From NCBI GenBank assembly GCA_951406725.2, contig OX597822.1:68820001-68884000 (forward strand): a stretch of DNA of 64,000 nucleotides, read 5' to 3'. Origin of the DNA: Octopus vulgaris. Taxonomy: Eukaryota. The position numbers and the translations under genes were made by a program. The notes under the pieces were generated by a model. That model made no database searches and was not told where the DNA came from. It saw nothing but the letters and a program-made list of their open reading frames with translations. This document shows positions 52,630 to 64,000 of this stretch, one piece after another. Numbering within the stretch: position 1 is the stretch's first letter; each line of letters starts with the position of its first letter.

Positions 52630-53010
52630 GGCTGCTAGTTTGTTTTATTTCAATGCCATACTGGAAGAAGCTTTCAAAAGCATCTAAAATTTTATTTTAT
52701 ATCTCACGGACGGTAAACTGTTCAATATCAAAGGACGGAAAGCTAGTTTGAAAAAATAATTGTCTCAGCGTGCGAATTAGTTTACGCCGACGAATGCACC
52801 ATCGTTGTCCATTCGATGGAGGACTAAAGAATTTACCAGTAATGCAAAAGTCATGCGACGGAATGTCTTGGAATAAGTTATTGCCGCACAATTCGTCATC
52901 AAAACACCATACTGCAATCAACAGAACATTACTAGTCCTTACGAAGTTATAGCTATCTCAATCGACAAAGAAATAGAAAACAGACTGAGCAAAGCTGACT
53001 CGATTTAAAG
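52630..53010 (+). pseudogene. RTE (BovB-like) RT fragment
   Basis: TDGKLFNIK, ELVYADECTIVVHSMED*, IDKEIENRLSKA. Confidence 0.6.
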
Positions 53011-53207
53011 TTCTCTACGAAGGTGACTCATTGATATTAAAAATCTCTCTGGCAACAGCTAAAATAGTTGCGTACAAAACAGTTCAAATGCTCTCTCATG
53101 TGAAATATACGTATAGCATCTGTATAGTATCGAGTGAACATTCGATACTATATAGAGAAACACAACGCAACTCGAAACCTTCGAGTGTATGGCTCAATCT
53201 CTATTAG

Positions 53208-53655
53208 CCATCCATCCATCCATCTTCTTCGCCCACTATTCTTGGGAGAATCATAGAGGTAGAGTTCTCTGACACTTCATCCATAGGTTTGTACGAGAAG
53301 CAACTGTCATTACACTTTCCGGCTGAATTCCCAAGCGTGACTAACTGAGACTATTCAGCTCGTTCTTCGTCTACTTCTTGGGTCTCCTGCGGGTTGGTTC
53401 GGCTTGAAGAATCCATCTTGCGATTCTTCCCTGCAATATTCTAATCACATGCCCATAATACCTGACATGTGACTTCTCAAAATACGAAGTCGCAGTTTTA
53501 CCTGGAGAGACTCCCTGATCTCTGAACTACTATTCTTGCTGTATCCAGGGATACAGGCATCCAGCAACAGGACCTCCGTAATGCTATGATGGACCGTGAA
53601 GTCTGGCGTAGCATAGTAAATTCCATTGTCTCGACCACGGTCGAACAATGATGAA
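53208..53655. mobile_element. Two RTE-type 3' fragments: minus 53208-53545 with (GGAT)n tail; plus 53545-53655
   Basis: Minus: SEIRESLQVK.RLRILRS..., RRPKK. Plus: DTGIQQQDLRNAMMDREVWRSIV. Confidence 0.6.
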
Positions 53656-55998
53656 TAACGTTACGCTACAGATGCTTCGGAGGAACTCCATTATGATCGC
53701 GATCACAATCTTTCGGTCATTACCTAACGTTCATGAACCGTAGGTAAGGATAAACACACAAAAGCTGATAGCAAATTTGGCTGATTTTTGCCGACCTCTC
53801 TTTTATTATCGTTTTCTATAAATAAATATGACAAAATTCTTATGATTCTCTTTGCTATTCTGTTCATGGCTATCCATATGTAACGTAAAAGCAAGTTGAT
53901 GACATGCTGAAGTCATATTAACACCTAATAGGAAACTAATGATGGTGATTCGACAGTTTAGTGAAGTGGATATGAGAACATAAGGAGCCATCATTTGACT
54001 TAAATCATGAAAAGTTAAAGAACTCTTGCCTAAGAAAACTCGTGGGTTGGAAACAATAGGAGGATGTGAAGTATGCTACTTTCATTAGACAGTAACGGAG
54101 ATAGTTGAATAATGACAATGACCGAATTTGGATATCAGAAGGAAAAAGAAGTTAAGAAATGTTTGGTTAGGTCAATATGTTAGACAGTGAAATGGATTGA
54201 AGATTGTAGCAGGTAAAGAGAAGCGAAGTAGAAAAGCAAATAGGGAATAGAAAAAGCAAATGAGCGACAGAAAGGCTGTAAAATGATAAAGAGAATTAGC
54301 GAAAGGAAAGAGTTTGTTGTTGTTTAGTCTAATGTCTGCCATAATCAAATAGACCTGTAGTCGAAAGTGTTTCATCTATTATAACTTCGTCTATTTTCAA
54401 ATTCGACCTTGCTGAGTTTTTTCCTTAACGAGGTTCGGTATATGAGGAAAATTTTGGTTGCTATTTCTAGCAAATCGAGCGACTGTGTAGTGACTTCTTT
54501 ATTGGCTCGCAGAAGAAGCCGAAAAGGATGTGAGTGAGTGAATGAGTGAGAGTGAGTGAGTGTGTGTGTATGTGTGTGTGTGAGTATGTATGTACTGTCA
54601 GGACTCACTCGCTGGGGAATAACGGTGTAGAATATGTATGGATGTTAAGAAGTGCATATACACACACATGTATGATGTCGGACCAGATGTCTTGCGTTAT
54701 TTGTTCCGACTCTTCAAGTTCGGAGTTTAAATTCCGGAATGGCCTACATGGGCGGTAGACTTGATCAGTCGCTCGATTGAACATCAATACCTGGTATCTT
54801 GGGTGTCTTTAGCGGAATGCATTTTACTGCAAGCATTAAGAGCTAGGTCTCTGGTTTGAGGATACCTCCCCCCCCCCCCGCATTCCCAACACTCTTTGTG
54901 GAAGTGAGGGGTCAGTGGCACTAACTTGCTTCCTGACTAAAATATGTCTGTGTGCATGTGTACATATGTATGTAGATAGATAGATAGATAAAGGTGAGAG
55001 AGCATGTGTGTGAAGAAAACTGAATTTTTTTTAATGACTCAGAGACAAAAAGGCAAGCGGCTACGGCTGTCTTCGGGACCTCCGTCACTGGTGTTAGGAC
55101 GGGAGGAAGTTGTCCCCAGACCGGAGACTTGATCTGAATGCTTGCAACAGAATGGATTCTATTGCATGTGTTAAATCGAGATGATGTGAATCGATGTTCT
55201 ATTAACTCCCAATTACTGTCATTACATTAATCATCATCATCATCAATATATTACCGTTTTCCTCAGAAATTCCCTGACAACACTTCACTTCTCTACACTA
55301 GACTGAGGGCCTTATGGGTTTTACTGGTCTATGTCGATACCGTCCGTAGTAGACTAAACAAGCAGATAAATAAAAATAAGACATCATAAGAGAAAAAAGG
55401 AACGAGACACGTGGAAGTGACGGATAAATAAACAAATTTACAGATAGATATTAGATATACGAAATAGTACTAGAACCGGAAGATGCTAACCACTCTTTAT
55501 CTACTTTTCTATTTTACTTCTCATTCTATTATTGTTTTCGTGTTTCTGTTTCGCATATTTTCTCTTCTTATTTCACTTAGCGGCCATCCTTTGCTTTCAC
55601 GTATGTTTTTCCATATTTCTCTCAACAGTTGTCGCGTACGCTCTCTATCTCTCTGGTGCTTGTTCTCAGTCATTACTCTTGGTTCTTTCCTACTTCTAAT
55701 GACTTCTTTCGTCTTTTCCGTTAAATAAACTCTCTCCTCTGTAAATCTTTCTTTCAATCCATCAAATGCTCTTTCCGTCAATCTATTTGCCTCTTTTTCT
55801 CCCACAAATATCTTCTTTTTTTTTTTTTACTCCCTTCCCATTGCCTTGTATCTGTCTCTCTCTCACTTTCGCAGTGTCTCCATTTCTCACTCTCACACTT
55901 TTAAACTATTTATGTATCTAGCAAGCGCACGCAGACACACATACATATACGTACGCATACACCCAAAAACAATCCTTCACGTTATATGTAGTATATAC

Positions 55999-56048
<50 letters not shown>

Positions 56049-56577
56049 CACACGTATATATATTTGAATTTTCTAAAATTGATTCTTTTAATATTGTTTT
56101 TAAACGCTGTTTTGACTGAAAAATAAGTCTAAAACATACAAATTATACAAAAACAACAAATTATCGAGTATAAATTTCAGCATAATGGTTCTAAAGTATG
56201 TAATTATTAGCGATAGCTTTATTATTTGCTGCAATAATTGTAAACTTCTCATTACGTTTCAGTCAACAATTCTGTATAGAGTGAAGCATGGAAAATAACA
56301 GTAAAAGATGTCAAAGAAACTGAATGCATTCTACTACGAACGATGCCCTCAAAGTCACAGAAATGAAAACAGTTCTGCTTCCTATAGAGTTGGAAACTAT
56401 CTAGTGCGCCAAAACCGTAATTTCCTAGGATCTGTATGTTATAAAGCATCGTGGATTATGAATCTGCAAGATGTTGTGACAGGGACAAGCCCCTGCTTCT
56501 CTATAATTTTTCAGTTTTGACTTTCGTTTGAATTTTTTTTTTTGCCGTTTTTAGATCTATGTTTTAAACATCTGAGA

Positions 56578-56801
56578 GGTACTACTTAAGAAGACGCTAG
56601 CTAGTCGTGACTTGTCGATCCTACAACGACTACCTAACAAAGTAAATAAAACACAGAAGAAATAATTTTTTACACAAAGTAAATAATTTTTTTAAAACAA
56701 AGCAATTAAAGCAAAAACACAAAGAAAGGATCGACTAGTCACGACTAGCTAGCGCGAGTATGCGAGTGCGCGCACCGGGACCACTCTTCTTAAGTAGTAC
56801 C
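56578..56801. mobile_element. Merlin-type MITE nested in an older inverted-repeat element
   Basis: 17-bp perfect TIR GGTACTACTTAAGAAGA; perfect 9-bp TSD CATCTGAGA; subterminal inverted repeat GCTAGCTAGTCGTGACT.GTCGATCCT. Confidence 0.85.
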
Positions 56802-56984
56802 CATCTGAGATTTATGATCTTTCCAAATTATACGTGACGTAAATCTGAAAATCTATGTGAAGTGAGTCAACAATGCTTAAAACATACAGATCTAAAGAAA
56901 TTACAGTTTTTGAAGCAATAGATAATTTCCCACTCCATTCAACAAGGAGCCCAGAAATTACTTCGCAAAGCAAATTCTAGTCGC

Positions 56985-57240
56985 TGCCAAATATCGTGGC
57001 GCAACGTCAGTTTTGCTTAATACGTCATATTTTGCCCATGCACACAAAAGACTGCACTGATGTGGACACCGGCCGAAGAAAAGCAGAAAAAGGGCTGGCC
57101 GAACAACACTTGGCACCAGACATTCAAGGAAGACTCAGACATAAAAGAACCAGTTGGACAGGCGCAGTGGGGACTGCAGAATATTGACCACATTAGCGAA
57201 TATTCACTGTCTTTTGCTTCCCTCAATGCGGGAAGTCCGT
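56985..57240 (+). pseudogene. RTE C-terminal remnant
   Basis: RHILPM..., MWTPAEEKQKKGWPNNTWHQTFKED, resembling W.P..GKR.RGRP..TW...F.ED. Confidence 0.5.
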
Positions 57241-57317
57241 ACAATGCCTTCTGCATGTGTAAACTACTTCATGTCGCTGGTCGATCCTGATTTATACTTG
57301 AGTCAGTTATTTGCGAA

Positions 57318-57625
57318 GGCGCGTGGTCTAGAGGTTAAGTTGTATTCACGATCACCAGGTCATGGTTTCGATTCTCGGACCGAGAGGTTCATTGAGGTTT
57401 CGATTCTCGGACCGAGAGGTTCATTGAGGTCTCGATTCTCGGACCGAGAGGTTCTTGAACAAAACACTTCGTTTCACGTTGCTCCAGTCCATTCAGCTGT
57501 AAATAAGTAACCCTGCGACAGGCTGGCATCCAGTTATGGTGAAATGTTGTGATCTCAGTCATTTATACGCCATGAAAACCGAGTAACTGGCCCTATGAGT
57601 CCCTAGCACTCGAGATAGTACTTAC
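57318..57625 (+). mobile_element. SINE family C with a triplicated 32-bp B-box segment
   Basis: Units start at 57364, 57396 and 57428. Confidence 0.8.
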
Positions 57626-57866
57626 ATCTGTTTGAGCATGTTCAGAAAGTTTCAACATTCCTAGTGCATACTTCAGTGATAGGATCCACAAAACGACAAG
57701 ATGATTTACAATTCCATAGATGTAATCAAAGCTGAACAGATTATTATAGCTTCGCTATTCTTCGATTAAAAATAGCTGAGATAGGTGCAACGTTATCGAT
57801 AATAACAGCTTCCAAGACCACTGCAATATGAGGGAGATACTTACTGAAGCCATCCTTTTTTGTATG

Positions 57867-58104
57867 TGGATATTTCTGTAAATCCAACGCCTCAAATTGT
57901 TTAACTGCTCTACCACGTTTAGACTTTGGATATTTCTGTAAATCCAACGCCTCAAATTGTTTAACTGCTCTACCACGTTTAGACTTTGGATATTTCTGTA
58001 AATCCAACGCCTCAAATTGTTTAACTGCTCTACCACGTTTAGACTTTGGATATTTCTGTAAATCCAACGCCTCAAATTGTTTAACTGCTCTACCACGTTT
58101 AGAC
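57867..58104. repeat. Perfect 60-bp tandem repeat, ~4 copies
   Basis: Identical units tggatatttctgtaaatccaacgcctcaaattgtttaactgctctaccacgtttagactt. Confidence 0.97.
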
Positions 58105-58149
58105 ATTGAGATTTCGTCAATTTGATCTTTATAATTGGAACCACCGAGT

Positions 58150-58596
58150 CAGGGCCGGATTAAGACCCATTGAAGGCTCCAATAACTTAAATGATGTTGG
58201 TGTCTCCAAATAAATATAATTCAAAATATGAACAATAATAAAACATAAAATGAATTTTATTTTTCTAAATGAAACAAAACAGTAAGAGGGAAAATAATGT
58301 TTATTTTTCACCTCCCCTTCATTTATATTTGGAAAATAATGTTTATTTTACACCTCCCCTTCATTTATATTTGGAAAGTTTTCTACTGTGTTTACTTTGA
58401 TCAGATCCTCAATATTAAAATTACGTAATACATTTGATAATTATATTTCCGATCGTATTAACCATTTCGAATATTATATTAGCAAGTTTAAAGTGATTTC
58501 TTTTGTACCGTAAACCGTTTACCATTTCTGTGGTACGCTCTTTCCCTTGACGCCCTAAGAAAGTGCTTATTTTGCTTAATGGTTAATACACCGCTG
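58150..58596. mobile_element. hAT-type MITE inserted in the Merlin transposase
   Basis: CAGGGCCGGATTA / TAATACACCGCTG; TSD caccgagt/cacccagt (7/8); internal ~43-bp duplication at 58289-58377. Confidence 0.75.
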
Positions 58597-58994
58597 CACC
58601 CAGTTTCCTCCTTGTGAACTTTTTGTGGGGCATCATTTCATTATTTACACGCTCAAATTGCTGCTCATCATTCAGTGACATAAAACAGGTCACTACAACC
58701 TCACTAAGTGTATGCAATGCTAATTTCAAATACGACAGACATTGTCAGTTTAGATTTTCCATGAGATATACAGGATCGCACAAAAACTGCCATCTTTATA
58801 TTCTGAGCATCTCCAAATAATACATTGTTGCAATGACATATAATCACTACCCTACACTACACACACATTTTTATTGGCGAGAACACGCCCCACTTGTAAA
58901 AGCTGCTCAACAACGTTATGTGTTTAATTGTCCAATATTTCCATTCGAACTGTAGCCATTTTAAATCGCCGTGAATCAATTGAGCCAGTAAAGC

Positions 58995-60060
58995 GACGTG
59001 GCCGTGTGGTTATGCAGCTCACTTCGCAACCACGAAATTTCGGGTTCAGTCCCACTGCGCGACACTTCGGGGCACGTGTATTCTATTATAGCCCCGGGCC
59101 AATTCATGCCTTGTTAGTAAATTTGGTTAATTTTTACTTTAACACCCGGCCACCAAAACAAAAAAAAAAGTGTGATAGGTGTAAAAAAATGTTTATTAAA
59201 CGAATATGGGAACAAAATTTTGCGCCAATGAACCGATTATAAAGAAATGTGTGGGGGGATTTTTTTCCGAGAGGGTGGGTGAGGACTTTCGAAGAGAAAG
59301 GAATTCATAAATTATTTTTTTGTTTCAATGTAATGGAAAAAAGTTTGAAAATAAAATTTTTAGACTCATTTATTTTTCGCTTGAGTAATTAAAAAAAAAG
59401 GATTTTAAAAGATCCCACGTACTATGGTGAGAGAATCAAATTCATAAATACGGTGTTGAATATGGTTTCACCATGGAAAAAAAGTTAAGGGCGATTTAGC
59501 TGTTGTTTTTAGCACATCTAACATCCATCTGACCCCTTCCTTGTTTGTTTTCATTTAATTACTGCAAGTCCTATCGGTCACCAAAGTTAAGTCTAATGGG
59601 GGTAGGAAGACAATCTTTTCTCTACCCCTCGGAAAATTTTTTCCCCACAAATTTGTTTATAATCAGTTCGTTAGCGCAAATTTTTATTCTCATCTTCGTT
59701 CAATACACATTTTTTAACACCTATTACACTTTTTTTGTGTGTGTTTTGGTGCTTGGGTGTTAAAGTAAACATTAACCGTAAAATTGGTTGACGGAAACTG
59801 TGAAAGCTTGCATATATATGTATGTATATATGTGTGTGTGTGTGTTCGTGTGTGTTTCGTTTGTCCTCTACAACCGTTTGGCAACCTGTGTGGGTTTGTT
59901 TATGTCCCCGTCATCTAGTTGTTCAGCAAATGAGACCGATAAAATAAGTACCAGAATTAAAAGACAAGTACTGGAGTCGATTTATTTAACTAAAGCCTCC
60001 AAGATGGTGCCCAAGCATGGCCGCAGTCCAATGACAGAAATAAGTAAAAGATGAAAAAGT
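58995..60060 (+). mobile_element. SINE family A split by a MITE
   Basis: Head at 58995-59124 resumes at 59786 'ggttgacggaaactg'. Confidence 0.8.
59125..59777. mobile_element. Long-TIR MITE (GG..CC ends, 8-bp TSD; Merlin- or MULE-like)
   Basis: ~155-bp diverged inverted arms; TSD gtaaattt/gtaaaatt. Confidence 0.75.
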
Positions 60061-60167
60061 GAAAAAAAAAAACCTCGAAATACTTAGGAGACAACTTCAA
60101 AGCTTAAGAAATCCAAAGACTTTTAATTTGCTTCAGACCACCTTGAAGAACTTAAATACATCGACCC

Positions 60168-60550
60168 TGGCTGTGTGGTAAGTAGCTTACTTACCAACCA
60201 CATGGTTCCGGGTTCATTCCCACTGAGTGACACCTTGGGCAAGTGCCTTCTACTATAGCCTCGGGCCGATCAAAGCCTTGTGAGTGGATTTGGTAGACGG
60301 AAACTGAAGGAAGCACGTCGTATATATGTATATATATGTGTTTGTGTGTGTGTGTTTGTTCCTCCCCCCCACCATCGCTTGACAACCGATGGTGGTGTGT
60401 TTACATCCCCGTAAGTTAGCGGCTCGGCAAAAGAGATCGATAGAATAAATACTAGGCTTACAAAGAATAAGTCCTAGGGGTCGATTTGCTCGACTAAAGG
60501 CAGCGCTCCAGTATGGCCACAGTCAAATGACTGAAACAAGTAAAAGAGTA
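60168..60550 (+). mobile_element. SINE family A
   Basis: Near full-length family match. Confidence 0.9.
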
Positions 60551-61184
60551 TTTTTTTTTTAGCATTTATTCTATCGGTTCCATTTGCTGAACTGCTACTC
60601 CACGGAAATGTAAACAAACCAAAGTGGTGTTGATGAGGGAGAAAACACGAAACACGCTCAATACACGACGGAATTCCACTCAGTTTCTGCCAACGAATAG
60701 TATGAGAAATGCTGTAAATTACTATTTTGAGTTTTACTGACTACTATACAATCATTTAAAAAAAATCTTTATCTTTTATTTGTTTACAATTGGACTGCGG
60801 CCATGCAGGAGCACCGGCGTGAAGAATTCTACTCAAAGAAATCGCCCCCTGTACTTGTTTTTTTGTTTGTTTGTTCGTCTGCTTTTGTCTGGTACTTATT
60901 CTAAAAGTCTGTAAGTTAAGGGCATTTATTCCATGGTCCGATAAGTTATGGAGACGTAAACAAACCTACACTGGTTTCTAGCCGTGTGTGGAGGACAAAT
61001 AATCACAAAGACAGTCACCACAATGCACGCACGCGCGCACACATACACACACACACACACAGTTTCCATCTACCAAATTCACACAAGGCATTGGTCAACC
61101 TGTGGCTATTGTAGAATTCACTTGCCCAAGGTGCCGTGCAGTCAGATTGAACCCGAAACTGTGTGGTTGCAAAGCAATGCACGC

Positions 61185-61398
<214 letters not shown>

Positions 61399-61399
61399 C

Positions 61400-62459
61400 T
61401 AAATTTTTCTCAGATCGCTTTCACCATCTCCTCCATACTTTACTTTCCTGTTCTTTCAAAACTATTTTTTAACCATCTCTCTTGAATCTCTAATTTTCTT
61501 TTATTCCTTCTAAATTATTTTCCCAATCCAACCCCACTCTCTATGTATCTCTCTGTTTGTCAACGTTTCTTATGACCTCTCAAGATTTGTCCATTCTTAT
61601 CAGTAACCACTCTTACATTTTATTATATATATATACAGCTTTTCCTACTTTTGATATTTTTCTAATCTTTCCTTTTACTCCCATTTTCTATTCCTCTCTG
61701 CTTGTCTGCTGTCTCTCTTATTTTTCCCCTTCTCTAACATTTCATAACACATTTGTCACATTGTACTTTTCTATCATTATCCATCTTCCTTCTAAGACCA
61801 TTCTCTTTCCCGCTTTCTTTCTCCTCTCTCTCTCTCTCTGAATCTCCCTCCTTCCTTCTCTTTCCTCTCGCTCTTTTTGTCTTCCTTCTCGCTCTGAGTT
61901 GCTTCTCCCTTTTCTTTTTTCACTGCCTCTTTTTATTTATACCCTTTTCTCATTTCTCTTTATACTCTTCGTCTCTTTTACTTCCTCTCTTTTATACCTC
62001 ACTTTACTCTCCTATCTTCCCCCTCTTCCTCTCTCCAATTTCTTCCTACAATTTCTCTACACCGCCTCACCTTTATCTACCCTTTCTCTCATTCTCTAAA
62101 GTTTTAATGTCTATCTGCTTCTCTTCCCTTTCCCAACAGAAGACCTATTCAGTCATAATTCCTGTCACAAAAGACCAGTTTTCACCATCTCCTCCATTCT
62201 TTACTTTCCTGTTCTTTCAAAACTGATTTTTTTTCGTTGCCAGTTCACACATTTCTCCCTTTGTCTTTCTTTCTTCACTAAACTTTTTTAAGCGACTTCC
62301 TCTCTCCTTACATTTACTCTCTCTCTCTCTCATTCTATTTTAATCTCGCTATCTCCTCTTTCATTTAATACACTTTCTATTTTCCCCCTTTCTTAAGGTT
62401 TTTCTTATACCTTCCCGCTTCCATGTGTCTGTCTTTATTCTCTGTATCTTTCTCTATAG

Positions 62460-62538
<79 letters not shown>

Positions 62539-63060
62539 CATATTCCTCTTTCTCTTACTATATATTAATTTAACTATCTATCACTTTATATTTATCTCTG
62601 TCACCTGTTTTTGCTATATCACAACTCGAAGTCTTTTTCTTTTTTTGTCTCACGTTTTCACTCCGTCTTATTGTCTGTGTAATATATTTGTCTTTTTTTC
62701 TCTCACTACTTTGGCCTCTATCCTTATCTTTGTGCTATCAGCAACTCTTCCTCTCGTCATACGTTAATCTGTCGCCCTTCTCTCTCTCTATCTCTCTCAC
62801 GATCTCGTTTTTTTCGTCTTTCCTCCTCATCCTCTCTTAATCTTTTCTATATCTCACATTATCTCTTTCTCTCTCTTCTTCACCCTCTAACTCTCCCTCG
62901 TCTCTCATCCCTTTCTTTCTCACGATCTCACTTATTCATCTTTCCTCCTTCTCTCTTGATCTTTTCTGTATCTCATATCTCTCACCCTCTCTATTTCTAA
63001 CTTTTCCCCCTTCCCTCTTTTTCGTTCTTTTCTCCTCTCTGCCATTTCTTTCATTTAAAT
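61400..63060. repeat. Long pyrimidine-rich low-complexity tract
   Basis: Plus strand almost devoid of G; contains a ~45-bp duplication at 61419-61463 / 62180-62224. Confidence 0.8.
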
Positions 63061-64000
63061 TCTTTTAACTTGAAACTTGACAGATATCCTAAACAAGAGC
63101 CACCACGACATTTTTGACAACGTTATCAATTATATGAACATTTTCCATTTTTCTCTTGCATTTTGTCCTTTAACAATATCATTTTTGATGATAATCAATG
63201 TTTTGACTGCAAATACCGGCAAATTATTTGTTTAGTAGTTGTTAATTTAGTTTCGAAGAATATCTTTGTTATAAAAGTATATTAAGAATAAAAAAAAATG
63301 TTATTAAGTTCAAGGATATCAATTCTTTAAACTTAAGACTTCAAACTCTAGCATTATTTTTTTCAATAAAGCCCTTCACTGAAAGTTGTGGGTTCAAGTA
63401 ACACCTCAGTTTGGCGCTCAATATTTTTTCATATATCTACTTATTCAAATTCTCTCACATCTATCTATCTATCTATGTCTAGTTCACACACACACACATA
63501 TATGTATGTATACACACACATCTTGCTCGCTTTTCAATTAGTAAATAGAAATGTTTTCTTAGAACAAACCCTAGCTTAATAATAAATATCGTATTTTTGT
63601 TACAATCATGATATAGTTTTAATTTTCCTTTCATCTACCTTTCTTTTCGTCAATTTTTTTTTTTTTTTTTACTTTTTTTAAAATTTTGGCTTTCATTTTT
63701 TTCTTAAAGTTTCTTCTTTTTCTTTTATGTAATGGAATAAAATTTTCATAATTAAAATATTCGTTTCAGACATCTACTATTCATATAGGACATTGTTTCA
63801 GTATTATTCCTCGTCTGAAAAATGGTCTTGTTCTTAGGTTTGGGAGTTGACGGTGAGGTTAGTACTATGATTAGAAATTGCACGATTCCAGGTTGAAGAT
63901 TGACGAGTTGAACAAACAATTTATCTTCAGAGGAAAGGTGCAAACGTAAAGTTTATTATATATAAATAAGTTTCCGCATTCGATCTTTACTAAGGATGGG

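Larger units (their letters stand above)
57625..58850 (-). pseudogene. Merlin (IS1595/ISXO2-like) DDE transposase relic
   Basis: After removing the hAT MITE and collapsing the 60-bp repeat: KLGGSNYKDQIDE..KRGRAVKQ..WIY..; LEAVIIDNVAP; EE*RSYNNL..YIYGIVNH; RFVDPITEVCTRNVETF*. Confidence 0.78.

Noticed and set aside
57364-57454. 32-bp palindromic repeats resembling CRISPR repeats
   Set aside because: Units are contiguous with no spacers, lie inside a SINE head, and there are no cas genes; context is eukaryotic.
57744-58144. Repeat-protein gene from the two minus-strand ORFs
   Set aside because: Artefact of a 60-bp tandem repeat in a frameshifted Merlin transposase relic.

Overview
AT-rich, microsatellite-dense eukaryotic DNA with no intact protein-coding ORF. 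The repeat landscape (tRNA-derived SINE families with internal (TA)n/(TG)n, RTE and CR1/L2-type LINE relics) suggests an octopus/coleoid genome; this is an inference. The window holds about 40 SINE copies of three families, LINE fragments, a decayed mariner transposase, a decayed Merlin (IS1595-like) transposase and many MITEs with recognisable TIRs/TSDs. It splits into two domains. Left of ~34 kb it is CpG-depleted; right of that it retains CpG. A probable non-coding first exon on the minus strand (~37274-37455, AAG|GTGAGT donor) lies near the boundary, consistent with a methylated gene body running leftwards out of the window. The most notable structures are: (1) a young inverted-repeat element carrying two intact type I hammerhead ribozyme folds, nested in the (TA)n of a SINE at 19.6-20.2 kb, plus several degenerate hammerhead-like Penelope-type relics; (2) a cluster of Merlin-type foldback MITEs, two with telomere-like repeats, around the Merlin transposase relic; (3) a CR1/L2-type LINE whose 3' end matches the tail of the dominant SINE. 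Ends of degenerate repeats are approximate. No database searches were run.
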